Below, one piece after another: positions 12,401 through 23,589 of a stretch of DNA of 64,000 nucleotides. Each line of letters opens with the position of its first letter. The stretch's first letter is position 1. Below the pieces are notes generated by a model that was not told the DNA's origin, did no database searches, and saw only the letters and a list, made by a program, of their open reading frames with translations. Both the position numbers and the translations under genes were made by a program. Origin of the DNA: Phyllobates terribilis (taxonomy: Eukaryota); contig NW_027362764.1 of NCBI RefSeq assembly GCF_046119375.1, forward strand, positions 457,002,001 to 457,066,000. Reading direction: 5' to 3'.

Positions 12401-12925
12401 AAACAACCTTTTAAGCAACCTTAATAGAGCTTTTCCCCAAGATAGGAGTGAGGCACACAGTGTGCATTGCAGCTGTAGTCTTTCAACCTCAGGCACGTCA
12501 GTTCATCAATGGCAAAACATTAGCAGCAGCAGAGTAAGTGACTGAAGCAATTTCTGTGAGTCCTTTCACACATTTTTTTACAACAGCTGGTGCACAAGTC
12601 TGACACGTGGTGAACGACTGGAGAGGATGGTGCAGGAGTATCTAGAGCACAATATGAATACCATCAGGGAGGGTTTGGACCCTTTTCATTTCAGTCTTCA
12701 AAAATGGATGAATGGCCTGAGCTCGCCACTCACGTATTGGAGGTTTTATCATGCCCGGAAGCCAGCGTTCTCTCAGAACATGTCCTCTGCGCTGCTGGTT
12801 GTGTCCTGATGGATAAGCGCAACCGGCTGTCCCCTGAAAGTGTAGACCGCCTAACTTTCATCAAGATGAACAAGTCATGGAGCTCAAAGGACTTTTGCAC
12901 CCCAATTGCAGACTCTACAGACTAG
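9490..12925 (+). pseudogene. hAT transposase pseudogene (BED zinc finger, DDE core, hATC dimerisation domain)
   Basis: BED finger WDFF..C..C..H; HFTTDTW (first Asp); CDVPTRWNSTLHMLQRL; LLDPHYK; WPELA..SVLSE..LTFIKMN; multiple frameshifts and stops. Confidence 0.93.
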
Positions 12926-13029
12926 GCAATGTTGTAGTTTTTAGTGTGCTGCATTGATCTTGCGGAATTGCAGTCTGTGACATGGCTTGTGTGCCTGCTC
13001 TTGCTGCTGCTGCAGGTTTTAGGCCCTAA

Positions 13030-13790
13030 TTTTTTGAAATGTGGAGAATACAGATTTGGTCTCTCAATCCATTGAGTTGGCTGTAGTGGAAGAGGTGTCA
13101 TTCCTAATTCTACAATTTCTACCATACTCAAATTGATGCCACTTTGCTGGTGTTAGGCCCTATTTCAGGGAAATGTGAACACTCCAGGTTAGGTCTCCAT
13201 CTCCTGGGTTGGCTGTAGTAGAAGAGGTGTCATTCCTAATTTTGCAATTTCTACTGTACTGAAATTGATGCCACTTTGCTCGTATCTGACAAGAATTTTT
13301 GGAAATGTGGGGAATCCTAATTGGGTCTCCATCTATTGAGTTGGCTGTAGTGGAAGAGGTGTTGTGCCCCATTATACTACTTATAGTTCTGTAAAATTTA
13401 TGCCACTTTGGTGGTTCTAGGCCCAAATGTTATCAAATTGGAACACTCCTGATTGGGTCTCCATCTACTGGATTGGCTGTAGGGGAAGAGGTGTCGTTAC
13501 TAATTCTACAATTTCTACTGTACTGAAATTGATGCCACTTTGTTGGTGTCTGCCACTAAGTTTTGGTAATGTGTGGAATCCTGATTGGGTCTCCATCTTT
13601 TGGGTTGGCTGTAGTGGAAGAGGTGTCGGTCCCCATTATACTATTTCTACTGTAGTGAAATTGGTGCCACTTCGGTGGTGTTAGGCCCTAATTTAGTGAA
13701 AAGTGAACATTCCTGATTGGGTCTCCATGTGCTGGGTTGGCTATTGTGGAAGAGGTTTTGGTCTCCTTTACAATAGTTATACTCTAGTGA
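13030..13790 (+). repeat. ~132-bp 3' subterminal tandem repeats of hAT copy 1 (about 6 units)
   Basis: aaatgtg..ctcctgattgggtctccatct..gggttggctgtagtggaagaggtgt recurs about every 132 bp. Confidence 0.85.
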
Positions 13791-15577
13791 AATTAATTTT
13801 TTTGTGCAGATATTGTTCTCCACGCAGGGGTACACAGATCTGATAAATAGTGATGAGCGAGCATACTCGCAAGTACTCGGCAATCCACCCATGTTTATTG
13901 GCTGAAAAACAGCACTTAAAGTGCTGGGTGGAGAATAGAGCATGGCAGACAAGTACCCGGATACTCGTACGAGTATCTTGTGTACCGTAATGTTCTAACT
14001 AGTGATGAGCGAAAGTGCTCACCACTACTCGGTACTCGTCTGAGCGTCATGGTGTCGACAAGCTCGGTGAATATTTCCGGCTTGCTCGGGCGGGAGCTCG
14101 GGTCCTCACCCTGCATGTTTGTCGCTCTTTAGTGAGCCAATGAACATGCAGGGATTGCTTGTCATGCACTGTAATGCCGTAGCCATGTTGGTTGTGGTAT
14201 TACAGTGATTGGCTGGCCGCATAGCGTCATTGGGTCTATTTAAGACCCGGTGACGCTAGGCTCGTCACAGTCTACCCAGAAGCAGGCAGAGTACGGAGAG
14301 ATGCTGCTGCATGAGGGAGAGATTTGCTTGTTTATTAGTTAGTATAGGTATTCCACAACATATCTATATATCCATCTGAACTAACAGTCCTTCTGAGGAC
14401 TAATCCAGCTGCATATATTCAGTGGTGATAGCAGGAGTTAGGCAGGCAGGGTTTGTGACAGTGTATACAGCAGAAGAGGGTCCATTGCACGTTTTATCTG
14501 CTGCTGTTACAGATATTTGTAGACATAGCTCCAGATATCAGGGGCCAGGGCTAATATTTTTTTATCTTAATCCTGATTATTTGCTTAAAAAGCAATCCAG
14601 AGTACACCATTTTTCTGCTCCATTTGCTTTTTAGCACTGTAGAATACAGCCAGATCTTTTCCATATTACAGTGATAAAAATTCAGAAATTTGTAGTGAAC
14701 GTGGAATATATTGGCCTCCATTTACAGTTTGTAGCAGTGTGTCAGTGAAGCTATTCACATGAGGTCGCTGTGAAGAATAGTAAACTACAGGGCTGCTATT
14801 TAAAACCGTGGGTGTCCATCAGACGTTTAACATAACTGCAGTCCAAATTCAGCTATTTCTGTTGTCCATTTACAGTTTGTAGCAGTGTGTCAGTGAAGCT
14901 GTTCACACTTGGCCGCTGTGAAGAATAGTAAACTACAGGGCCGCTATTTAAAACCATGGGTGTCCGTCAGACGTATCACATATAACTGCGGTCTAAATTC
15001 AGCCATTTCTGTCCTCCATTCACAGTTTGTAGCAGTGTGTCAGTGAAGCTATTCACATGAGGTCACTGCCAAGAATAGTAACCCACAGGGCCGCTATTTA
15101 AAACCATGGGTGTCCGTCAGACGTATCTCATGTAACTGTGGTCCAAATTCAGCCACTTCTGTCGTCCATTTACAGTTTGTAGCAGTGTGTCAGTTAAGCT
15201 ATTCACACGCGGTTGCTGTGAAGAATAGTAAACCACAGGGCCGCTATTTAAAACTGTGGGTGTCCATCAGACGTATCACCACAGGCGGATTATAATGAGG
15301 GCAATCCGGGCGACCGCCCGGGGCCCCGAGCCTCCAGAGGGCCCGCGGCTCCGGGCGGGGTGTCTAATGCCAGATTGCCCTCATTATATGTGCGGGCCGC
15401 CGCGGCACATACCGGTAGCAGTGGCGGGAGGGGGGGCCCCGTACCGCTCCCCCAGCAGCGGGTGCCGCTACTTCTTCATCGGCCAGGCCAGCACTGCAGC
15501 AGTTAACTTCCCTGTGCTGGCCCGGCCGCATCACTGCTAGGAGACACGGCCCTGTGCGCGGCCGTGTCTCCTAGCTG

Positions 15578-16075
15578 ATGGGCAGATGTCATTGTGTGAT
15601 GTCTGTTTGTGTGATGTCTGTGTGTGTGTGTGTGTGTGTGTGTGGGCAGATGTCATTGTGTGATGTCTGTTTGTATGTGTGTGTGTGTGGACAGATGTCA
15701 TTGTGTGATGTCTGTTTGTGTGATGTCTGTTTGTGTGTGTGTGTGTGGGCAGATGTCATTGTGTGATGTCTGTGTGTGTGTGTGGGGGCAGATGTCATTG
15801 TGTGATGTCTGTTTGTATGTGTGTGTGTGGGCAGATGTCATTGTGTGATGTCTGTTTGTGTGTGTGTGTGTGTGGGCAGATGTCATTGTGTGATGTCTGT
15901 TTGTATGTGCGTGTGTATGTGGGCAGATGTCATTGTGTGATGTCTGTTTGTGTGTGTGTGTGGGGGGGCAGATGTCATTGTGTGATGTCTGTATGTGTGT
16001 GGGGGGGGCAGATATCATTATGTGATGTCTGTTTGTGTGTGTGTGGGCAGATATGATTGTGTGATGTCTGTTTAT
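15578..16075. repeat. ~45-bp minisatellite with embedded (GT)n (gggcagatgtcattgtgtgatgtctgtttg...)
   Basis: About 11 visible copies. Confidence 0.92.
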
Positions 16076-16149
16076 ATGTATTTTTGTGTTTCAAATGTGT
16101 TTATGCGTGTATGTATATGTCTGTACATGTTTGTGTGTGTGCGTGACTG

Positions 16150-17505
16150 CGTGCGGCCACCTGCTGAGTATAGTTGGCGCCGTGCGGCCTCCTGCTGTAT
16201 CTGGGGGGGGCGCCGTGCGGCCCCCCACTGTGTATAGATGGCTACGTGCGGACCCCGCTGTGTATAGATGGCTACGTGCGGCCCCCCGCTGTGTATAGAT
16301 GGCTACGTGCGGCCCCCCTCTGTGTATAGATGGCACCGTGCGGCCCCCACCGTGTATTGATGGCGCCGTGCGGCCCCCTGCTGTGTAGAGATGGTGCCGT
16401 GCGGCTCCCCGCTGTGTATAGATGGCTACGTGCGGCCTCCCGCTGAGTATAGATGGCGCTGTGCGGCCTCCTGCTGTCTCTGGGGGGGCGCCGTGCGGCC
16501 TCCCGCTGTGTATAGATGGCTACGTGCGGTCTCCCGCTAAATATAGATGGCGCTGTCCGGCCTCCTGCTGTCTCTGGGGGGGGCGCCATGCGGCCTCCCG
16601 CTGTGTATAGATGGCTACGTGCGGCCTCCCACTTAGTATAGATGGCGCTGTGCGGCCTCCTGCCGTCTCTGGGGGGGCGCCGTGCGGCCCCCCGCTGTGT
16701 ATAGATGGCTACGTGCGGACCCCGCTGTGTATAGATGGCTACGTGCGGCCCCCTGCTGTGTATAGATGGCTACGTGCGGCCCCCCTCTGTGTATAGATGG
16801 CGCCGTGCTGTCCCCCACCGTGTATTGATGGCGCCGTGCGGCCCCCTGCTGTGTAGAGATGGCGCCGTGCGGCTCCCCGCTGTGTATAGATGGCTACGTG
16901 CGGCCTCCCGCTGAGTATAGATGGCGCTGTGCGGCCTCCTGCTGTCTCTGGGGGGGCGCCGTGCGGCCTCCCGCTGTGTATAGATGGCTACGTGCGGCCT
17001 CCCGCTGAGTATAGATGGTGCTGTGCGGCCTCCTGCTGTCTCTAGGGGGGGCCCCATGCGGCCTCCCGCTGTGTATAGATGGCTACGTGCGGCCTCCCGC
17101 TTAGTATAGATGGCGCTGTGCGGCCTCCTGCTGTCTCTGGGGGGGCGCCATGCGGCCTCCCGCTGTGTATAGATGGCTACGTGCGGCCTCCCGCTGAGTA
17201 TAGATGGCGCTGTGCGGCCTCCTCCTGTCTCTGGGGGGGGCGCTGTGCGGCATCTATACTCAGCAGAAGGCCGCACGTAGCCATCTATACACGTATACTC
17301 AGCAGGAGGCCGCACGTAGCCATCTATACGGTGCCATCTATACACAGCGGGAGGCTGCACATAGCCATCTATACACAGCGGGAGGCTGCACGTAGCCATC
17401 TATACACAGTGGGAGGCCGCACGGCGCCATCTATACACAGCGGTAGGCCGCACGGCGCCATCTATACACAGCGGGAGGCCGCACGGCGCCAGCTATACAC
17501 CGCAG
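16150..17505. repeat. 31-bp GC-rich minisatellite with 3-mer higher-order structure; inverted after 17250
   Basis: Unit gtgcggccyccgctgtgtatagatggctac; orientation flips to gtagccatctatacacagcgggaggccgcac from 17251. Confidence 0.92.
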
Positions 17506-17605
17506 GAGTCTCAGTGCTTTGCAAGAACAGTCAATAAATTCTGCTTGACTAATTCTGAGCACCATAAAGTCTGGTTCGCTTCTAACCTGCTGTCTTCATT
17601 TTCAG

Positions 17606-17677
17606 CTTGCTGAATTCTAACTCATTTACTGTCATTCGAGACGATGCCTTTGCTGGTCTCTTTCACCTTGAATACCT
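17606..17677 (+). CDS. LGI2: Internal 72-bp LRR-encoding exon of leucine-rich glioma-inactivated 2 (likely coding exon 3)
   Basis: ttcattttcag|...|gtaagt splice sites; encodes LLNSNSFTVIRDDAFAGLFHLEY. As recalled, human LGI2 has LLNSNSFTIIRDDAFAGLFHLEY and LGI1/3/4 differ at several positions; 72 nt with symmetric phase-2 junctions is typical of LRR exons. Confidence 0.88.
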
Positions 17678-18074
17678 GTAAGTGCTCCACTTAATGTCAT
17701 ATTTTTGATTCTGTTCTTCTTCATCTTTTGGCATGTGCAATTGTATGAGCAAGTATTCATATGAATTTATGACCTACTTAAACCTTCGAGGACCTTAAAT
17801 TTTATTCAATCAAATTTTTTTCCAGTTTAAAACTATGGGACCTATATGTGCCTTGGTCCTCAAAGGGTTTTTAAAGGGGCTGCAAACATAAATACGAAAA
17901 AAATAATTCAATTAGTGCTTTTTGTGTTCATTTAATTTTTATTTGAAGTCCATTTTTTTTATATACCTTGAAATTAAGCCCTACCCCATGGAATGAAGCC
18001 CTACCTACACGACATCTGAGAGCTACATGGATCCCGCTTGTGAGGTGCCTGTCCGTCACTGCTATTCAGTTTTA

Positions 18075-18440
18075 GGGTCCACTCACTAAGCCATATATTC
18101 TCTCATGCAAGAGAATAGGGCCAATTATGCTAATGACACTCGGCTCAAACTCTGTCAGAGCTTCAACTGAGTGTGATCCGATTCTCTCGCAGCACAGATA
18201 TGGAGAAGATGGAGAAGTGTTCATCGGACTGCACTTGGATGACATCCGAGTGCAGTCCAATGTTTTACGTGCACCCATAGACTTGTATGGGTGCACATGG
18301 TCCGAATATCGAATGAGATTATTTTCTCATGCCGATAATCGCAGATCTGCACTGTCCCATAGTATAACATAGGGCCGAGTCCTATCCGATAAAACATCAC
18401 ATAGCATTCGGCCGTGTTATACGACAGTGTGAGCGAGCCC
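18075..18440. mobile_element. PIF/Harbinger-type MITE (366 bp) with TTA TSD
   Basis: tta|gggtccactcac ... gtgagcgagccc|tta. Confidence 0.65.
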
Positions 18441-18689
18441 TTAGAGTCAAGGAATATTTACATGCAGATGATGATATTACTCTCCCAGTGTATATTTTTT
18501 TAGGCGAGTTCATAGTAAATGCTTTGCCTTTTTGACATGTGATCAACTAAAGAACAGGAAAGATTTAGGACCACCCCTATAGAAAAGTGTTGAATATACA
18601 GTCTAATGTGAATTAACAATGAAAAAAAGTTAATTTCACAAATGGCTTGTATTTTTTTTAATACAAACTTTTTTGTGTTTACAGCTCCT

Positions 18690-19093
18690 TTAAAGGGAAT
18701 CTGTCATCAGGTTTTTGCCACCTAATCTGAGAGCAGCATAATGTAGGGTTAGAGGCACTGATTCCAGTAATGTGTCACTTACTGGGCTGCTTAGTGTTGT
18801 TTTGATAAAATCATTGATTTGTCAGAAGGTTATCACTAGATGACTAGTAAGTTCTGTAGGACCCCACCCCCATCACTGATCAGTAGATTTCTGTGTACAC
18901 TGAGCATGGGCAGAAAGCTGTCAATCAGTGGTGTGGGTGGGGCTATACAGAGCGCAGCAGTCAGAGAGCTGCTAGATCTGCAGCAGATAAAACGGTGATT
19001 TTCTCAAAATGACAACAAGCAGCTGAAAAAGTGACACATCGCTGGAATCAGGGTATCTGCCCCTATATTGTGCTGCTCTCAGATGAGGCGGCA
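18690..19093. mobile_element. T2/Kolobok-type MITE, truncated on the right
   Basis: TTAA + agggaatctgtca terminus; related to 38403-38700 and to the right end at 34690-34710. Confidence 0.7.
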
Positions 19094-19827
19094 CAATTAA
19101 TATTGTGCCAAATTAATTTCCCGTGAACTATCACATGATCTATCACAGGGGATCATGTGACATGTCACGTGATAAATCAGGTGTGGGGGGGGGGGCCCGC
19201 GCCTTCTAAACTGCCCGGGGCCCTTGCTACTCTTAATCCACCCCTGCGTATCACATATAACTGCGGTCCAAATTCAGCCATTTCTGTCCTCCATTTACAG
19301 TTTGTAGCAGTGTGTCAGTGAAGCTATTTACTCGTGGTCGCTGTGAAGGATAGTAAACTACAGGGCCACTATTTAAAACCGTGGGTGTCCGTCAGACGTA
19401 TCACATATAACTGTGGTACAAATCCAGCCATTTGTAGTGAACGTGGAAAATATTGTCCTCCAATTACCGTTTGTAGCAGTGTGTCAGTGTACACCATTTT
19501 ACTGCTTCATTTGCCTGTTCGCAGAATACAGACAGATTTTTTTACTTTTATTCACATTACTGTATTGTGGAAGCAGAGGAACTTTTTTCAATGATCAGAC
19601 GCACGTGATCCATATGACTGCCATAATAAAACAGAAATTTTGTGGAGCTTGCCAAATATTCCACTCCATTTAAAGTCAGCCAATTGAACCAATTGACACT
19701 TGGTAGTTGAAAAGTACCATACTATTAGGTGACTGCCTGAAACTGTGGCCATCAGACGTTATCCCAAATGAGTGCCCTAATAATCCAGCAATTTTTGTGA
19801 GCGTGTCAAATATTACACTCCACTTAA

Positions 19828-21015
19828 CCCCTTTCTGGCCTGGGGCGTATTAGTACGCCCCAGGCCATCACCCACGGTTCAGTGAGGGCTCCAGCGGTGA
19901 GCCCGCACTGAACTGAGCACATGTCAGCTGATTATTACAGCTGACATGTGCCCGCAACAGCCGCGGGTGGAATCTCGATCCACCCGCGGCTGTTAACATG
20001 TTAAATGCTGCTGTCAATCAAGCGGTATTTAACAGCCCCGCGCCGGAAGCGCGTCACTTTACCCCGCCCATCGGTGACCCTGATGGGCGGGCATGCAGCA
20101 GACCCCAGTGGTTGTCATGTAAAGATCGCTATGAGCGCCACCTAGTGGTCGGCGCTCATAGCACAGGAGCATTTCTGCTACATAGAGGTGATCTGTTCAT
20201 GTAGCAGAGGCGATCAGACAGTTGCTGCTTCTAGTCTCCCATGGAGACTATAGAAGCATGCAAAAAGTTTAAAAAAAAGGTTTTTAAAAATATTAAAAAA
20301 AATCTAAAAGTTTAAATCACCCCCCTTTTGCCCCATTCAAAATAAAATAATAAAAATAAACCCCACATACACATATTTGGTACCGCCGCATTCAGAATCG
20401 CCCGATCTATCAATATAAACAAATAATTAATCCGATCGGTAAATGGCGTAACGAGAAAAAAATTCCAAATCCCAGAATTACATTGTTTTTCTGGTCACCG
20501 CAACATTGCAATAAAATGCAATAACGGACGATCAAAACATTGTATCTACCCCAAAATGGTATAAATAAAAACTTCTGCCCGGCGCGCAAAAAATAAGCCC
20601 TCACCTGGCTCCAGAAAATGGCACCATTTTTTTTTTTAAAGCAAACTTTGGATTTTTTTTTCACCACTTAAATAAAAAAGAACCTATACATGTTTGCTGT
20701 CTACGAACTCATAATGACATGGAGAATAATAATGGCAGGTCAGTTTTAGCATCCAGTGAACGTGGAAAGAAAAAAAAAAAAAACAACTGTGGAATTGCAT
20801 TTTTTTTGCAATTTCACCGCATTTGGATTTTTTTCCCCATTTTCCAGTACATGATATGGTAAAACTAGTAATGATGTTTAAAAGTACAACTCGTCCCGCA
20901 AAAAAGAAGCCCTCACATGGCCATATTGCCCAAAAAATAAAAACGCTATGGCTCTGGGAACAAGGGGAGCAAAAATGAAAAAGCAAAAATGAAAAATCCC
21001 AAGGTTGTGAAGGTG
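19828..21015. mobile_element. Non-autonomous piggyBac-type element (~1.19 kb)
   Basis: ttaa|cccctttc ... gaaggtg|ttaa; TTAA on both sides; inserted into hAT internal sequence. Confidence 0.75.
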
Positions 21016-21699
21016 TTAAAGTATTGCAGTTGTGTGTTCAAACCTATTCACAGTTGGCCGCTGACAAATAGCATATCTGTGAACAATGTTGTCAGAGTAT
21101 TACGCCACTTTTACAGACTTACAAAAAAAAACTTTAAAAAAAACAAACTAAAATGGAAAAAATGCTAAGAAACATTCTTTTCAGAGTAATGACTTGTATA
21201 TAAGGCCAAAGAATTAAAAAAAAAAAGTTATGGACTGTGGAAGACATTGATGAGACCAGAGTGCTGTAGATGGTGATGATACCACCTAGCAGCACCTGTC
21301 CCTATTGTAAATGCATCTAACAGCGTAATCGATAGGGAATAAAATAGTTTTTAAATTTTTTTGGGCAGCACCTGCAGCACGCAGTTTAAGGCAATAATAC
21401 CTGGCTGGATCGGTATAATATGCTATCCATACTGTGATACCTCACCTGTAAACGAATTTCAGATAAGACAGTTAATAGTCTGGAATATAGAATCTATTTG
21501 AATTGTCCTTCTCATTATTAAGGAGTGTGTCTCCTATACTCTTAATTGCATATGCAACAATTTCAAAGGCTGCCAAAAATTAGGACACACTCTAATATAC
21601 ATTAGAACAGACGTAAAAAAACAAATAAATAAAAACACAGTAGGATCTTTCTTTAGTATAAAAAATAGACTTACCAATGTAACCTCAATGTAATCACAT

Positions 21700-21956
21700 T
21701 GTTCAGCTCCTGCACCTCCTCCTCTTGTTTGGCCTCCATCTCCGAAATGACCACATGCTGGAAGCACTGCCGCACTGCCTTGGTCAAGCAGCAACAAGCT
21801 GTGCTGAAGATAATATGCTTAATGCTTAGGTGACAAACTGCCCACTGCTGCAGAGTTGTTGAAAGCTGTAATACAGCAGCCTGATCTTTGGCTCTCATTG
21901 CTGAACATACAGCCAGGCATGGTCGTGTGTGATGATGGCCGGAACCTGGTGGCTGA
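21700..21956 (+). pseudogene. hAT transposase fragment (region of second catalytic Asp)
   Basis: Translates in pieces as QAVLKIICL..TAAELLKAV..QPGMVVCDDGRNLVA. Confidence 0.7.
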
Positions 21957-22258
21957 GAATTGACAGCCGGAGTAGATATGGTTTCCCTCTATGCCAGTCC
22001 TTTCATCGAGCTAAAGAATATGGCTGTGGTAAAATACAACTCTCACCGAGAAGCAGTGTCAGACAGAATAACATTGGGCCCACCACAAGATGTGATTCTG
22101 AGGGCCCACCTTTCTCCCCCGCTCAAGAGCCCCATAGCAGAAGCCAGGGCCCACCGGAGGATTCTCTGGTGGGCCCATCCAACCGTGCCGAGAAGAAGCC
22201 CTGGCCAAGAAAAGTCTGTGAAGGTTCCTGGACACTCTATGGCTACTTTTTTACTGAG

Positions 22259-22383
22259 GGGGAAACCCACGCAAACACGGGGAGAACATACAAAATCCTT
22301 GCAGATGATGCCCTTCATGGCATTTGAACCCAGGACCCCAGCGCTGCAAGGCTTCAGTGCTAAGTTAACCACTGAGCCACTTG
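22259..22383 (-). mobile_element. tRNA-derived SINE (V-SINE-like) fragment
   Basis: Minus strand gtggctcagtgg (A box) ... gggttcaaat (B box) ... tgtatgttctccccgtgtttgcgtgggtttcc (V-domain-like core). Confidence 0.75.
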
Positions 22384-22854
22384 CGCTGCATTCTCTGTTC
22401 TCCCTCTGATATCTAACATGCTGGAGAATCTTGCACCTACTGCCACTCAGTATTTTTAGCTCCTTTGTGAGAAACTAATGTATTTGGGCAGCCACTCAGT
22501 CTACCAAATAAAATTCCTGAGAAGGAAATTGTAGATGGCTTCGCTTCTGGTACTGGGTGCCAATACCAAACCACTGGAAATATTCCAGGCTGGTTGGAGC
22601 CAAGCTGATTCCCACAGAAAAGTACCAGAAGCAGGCTAAGGAGATGGTGGCCTCTATCATCATCACGACCTGCAAAGTTTGCACTATGAACTCTCCTGAA
22701 GGAGAAGCCAGGGCCCTCCGGGGGTGTCTCCGATTCTCTGGTGGGCCTAGAAGCAGTCCTGGCTAAGAAATGTCTGTGGGAAGGTTTCTGGACACTCTAT
22801 GGCTGCTTTTTTACTGTGGACTAGCTCCAGCAATCTGTAAGATTGCAATCTATG

Positions 22855-23365
22855 ATCCCTTCACTGGCTCCCCATTGCCCAGAGACTCCAGTTCAAAACC
22901 CTAACCATGACATGCGAAGCCATCCACAACCTGTCTCCTCCATATATCTGTGACCTAGTCCCCCGGTACATACCTGCACACAACCTCCGATCCTCACAAG
23001 ATCTTCTTGTCTACTCCCATCTTATCGCCTCTTCCCACAATCACATACAAGATTTCTCCCGTGCATCCCTTCTACTCTTGAACTCTGTACCTCAACATAT
23101 CAGACTCTGGCCTACTGTTGAAACCTTTAAAAGGAAGCTGAAGACTCACCTATTCCGACAAGCCTACAACCTGCAGTAACTCTCGCTCCACCATACCGCT
23201 GCACGACCAGCTATACCCTCACCTACTGTATCCTCACCCATCCCTTATAGACTGTGCACCCTCACGGGCAGGGTCCTCTCTCCTCTTATACCAGTCGGTG
23301 ACTTCTTTTCACATGTAAAGTGCAATGGAATAAATGGCGCTATAATAATAAATAATAATTATACT
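22855..23365 (+). mobile_element. L2-clade LINE 3' end
   Basis: LHWLPIAQRLQFK..NLRS..FSRA..FKRKLKTHLF, 3' UTR and (aat)n tail. Confidence 0.85.
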
Positions 23366-23589
23366 ACTTGTACTCTGGGTCAATTGATGGCACTTTCCTG
23401 GTGTCTGCCCCTAAATTTATGTGTTTTGGCAGCTTTTGGTCCCGTTTGAAGATGTTGTGTATGTGTTTGGTTTTGGCACCCATTGAATCCAATGGCGTTC
23501 GGCGAATGTTCGACAATTACATTGGCGAACATTGCAAAAACGGCGATTGTAATCCGAAACGAATATTGAAATATTTGTTTGTCTCTAAT

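Larger units (their letters stand above)
7984..13800 (+). mobile_element. hAT (Ac/ZBED-like) DNA transposon copy 1; termini not recognisable
   Basis: 5' subterminal repeats, degraded transposase and 3' ~132-bp repeats matching hAT copy 2 at 47552-57500. Confidence 0.8.
15280..19246. mobile_element. Non-autonomous hAT-type unit (3,967 bp) with 8-bp TSD, containing an LGI2 exon
   Basis: TSD cgtatcac at 15272-15279 and 19247-19254; TIRs cacaggcggatta / taatccacccctg (10/13 match). Confidence 0.8.
14700..19490 (+). repeat. 150-bp hAT subterminal tandem array split by the 15280-19246 insertion
   Basis: cagtttgtagcagtgtgtcag at 14725, 14873, 15023, 15173 and 19298; 19298 minus 3975 (insert plus TSD) = 15323 = 15173 + 150. 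Confidence 0.85.

Noticed and set aside
15578-17537. Cys/Val-, His/Thr- and Arg/Gly-rich ORFs up to 209 aa
   Set aside because: Artefacts of the (GT)n-containing and GC-rich minisatellites.
22320-22383. tRNA gene
   Set aside because: A/B boxes lead into a SINE core; no complete cloverleaf.
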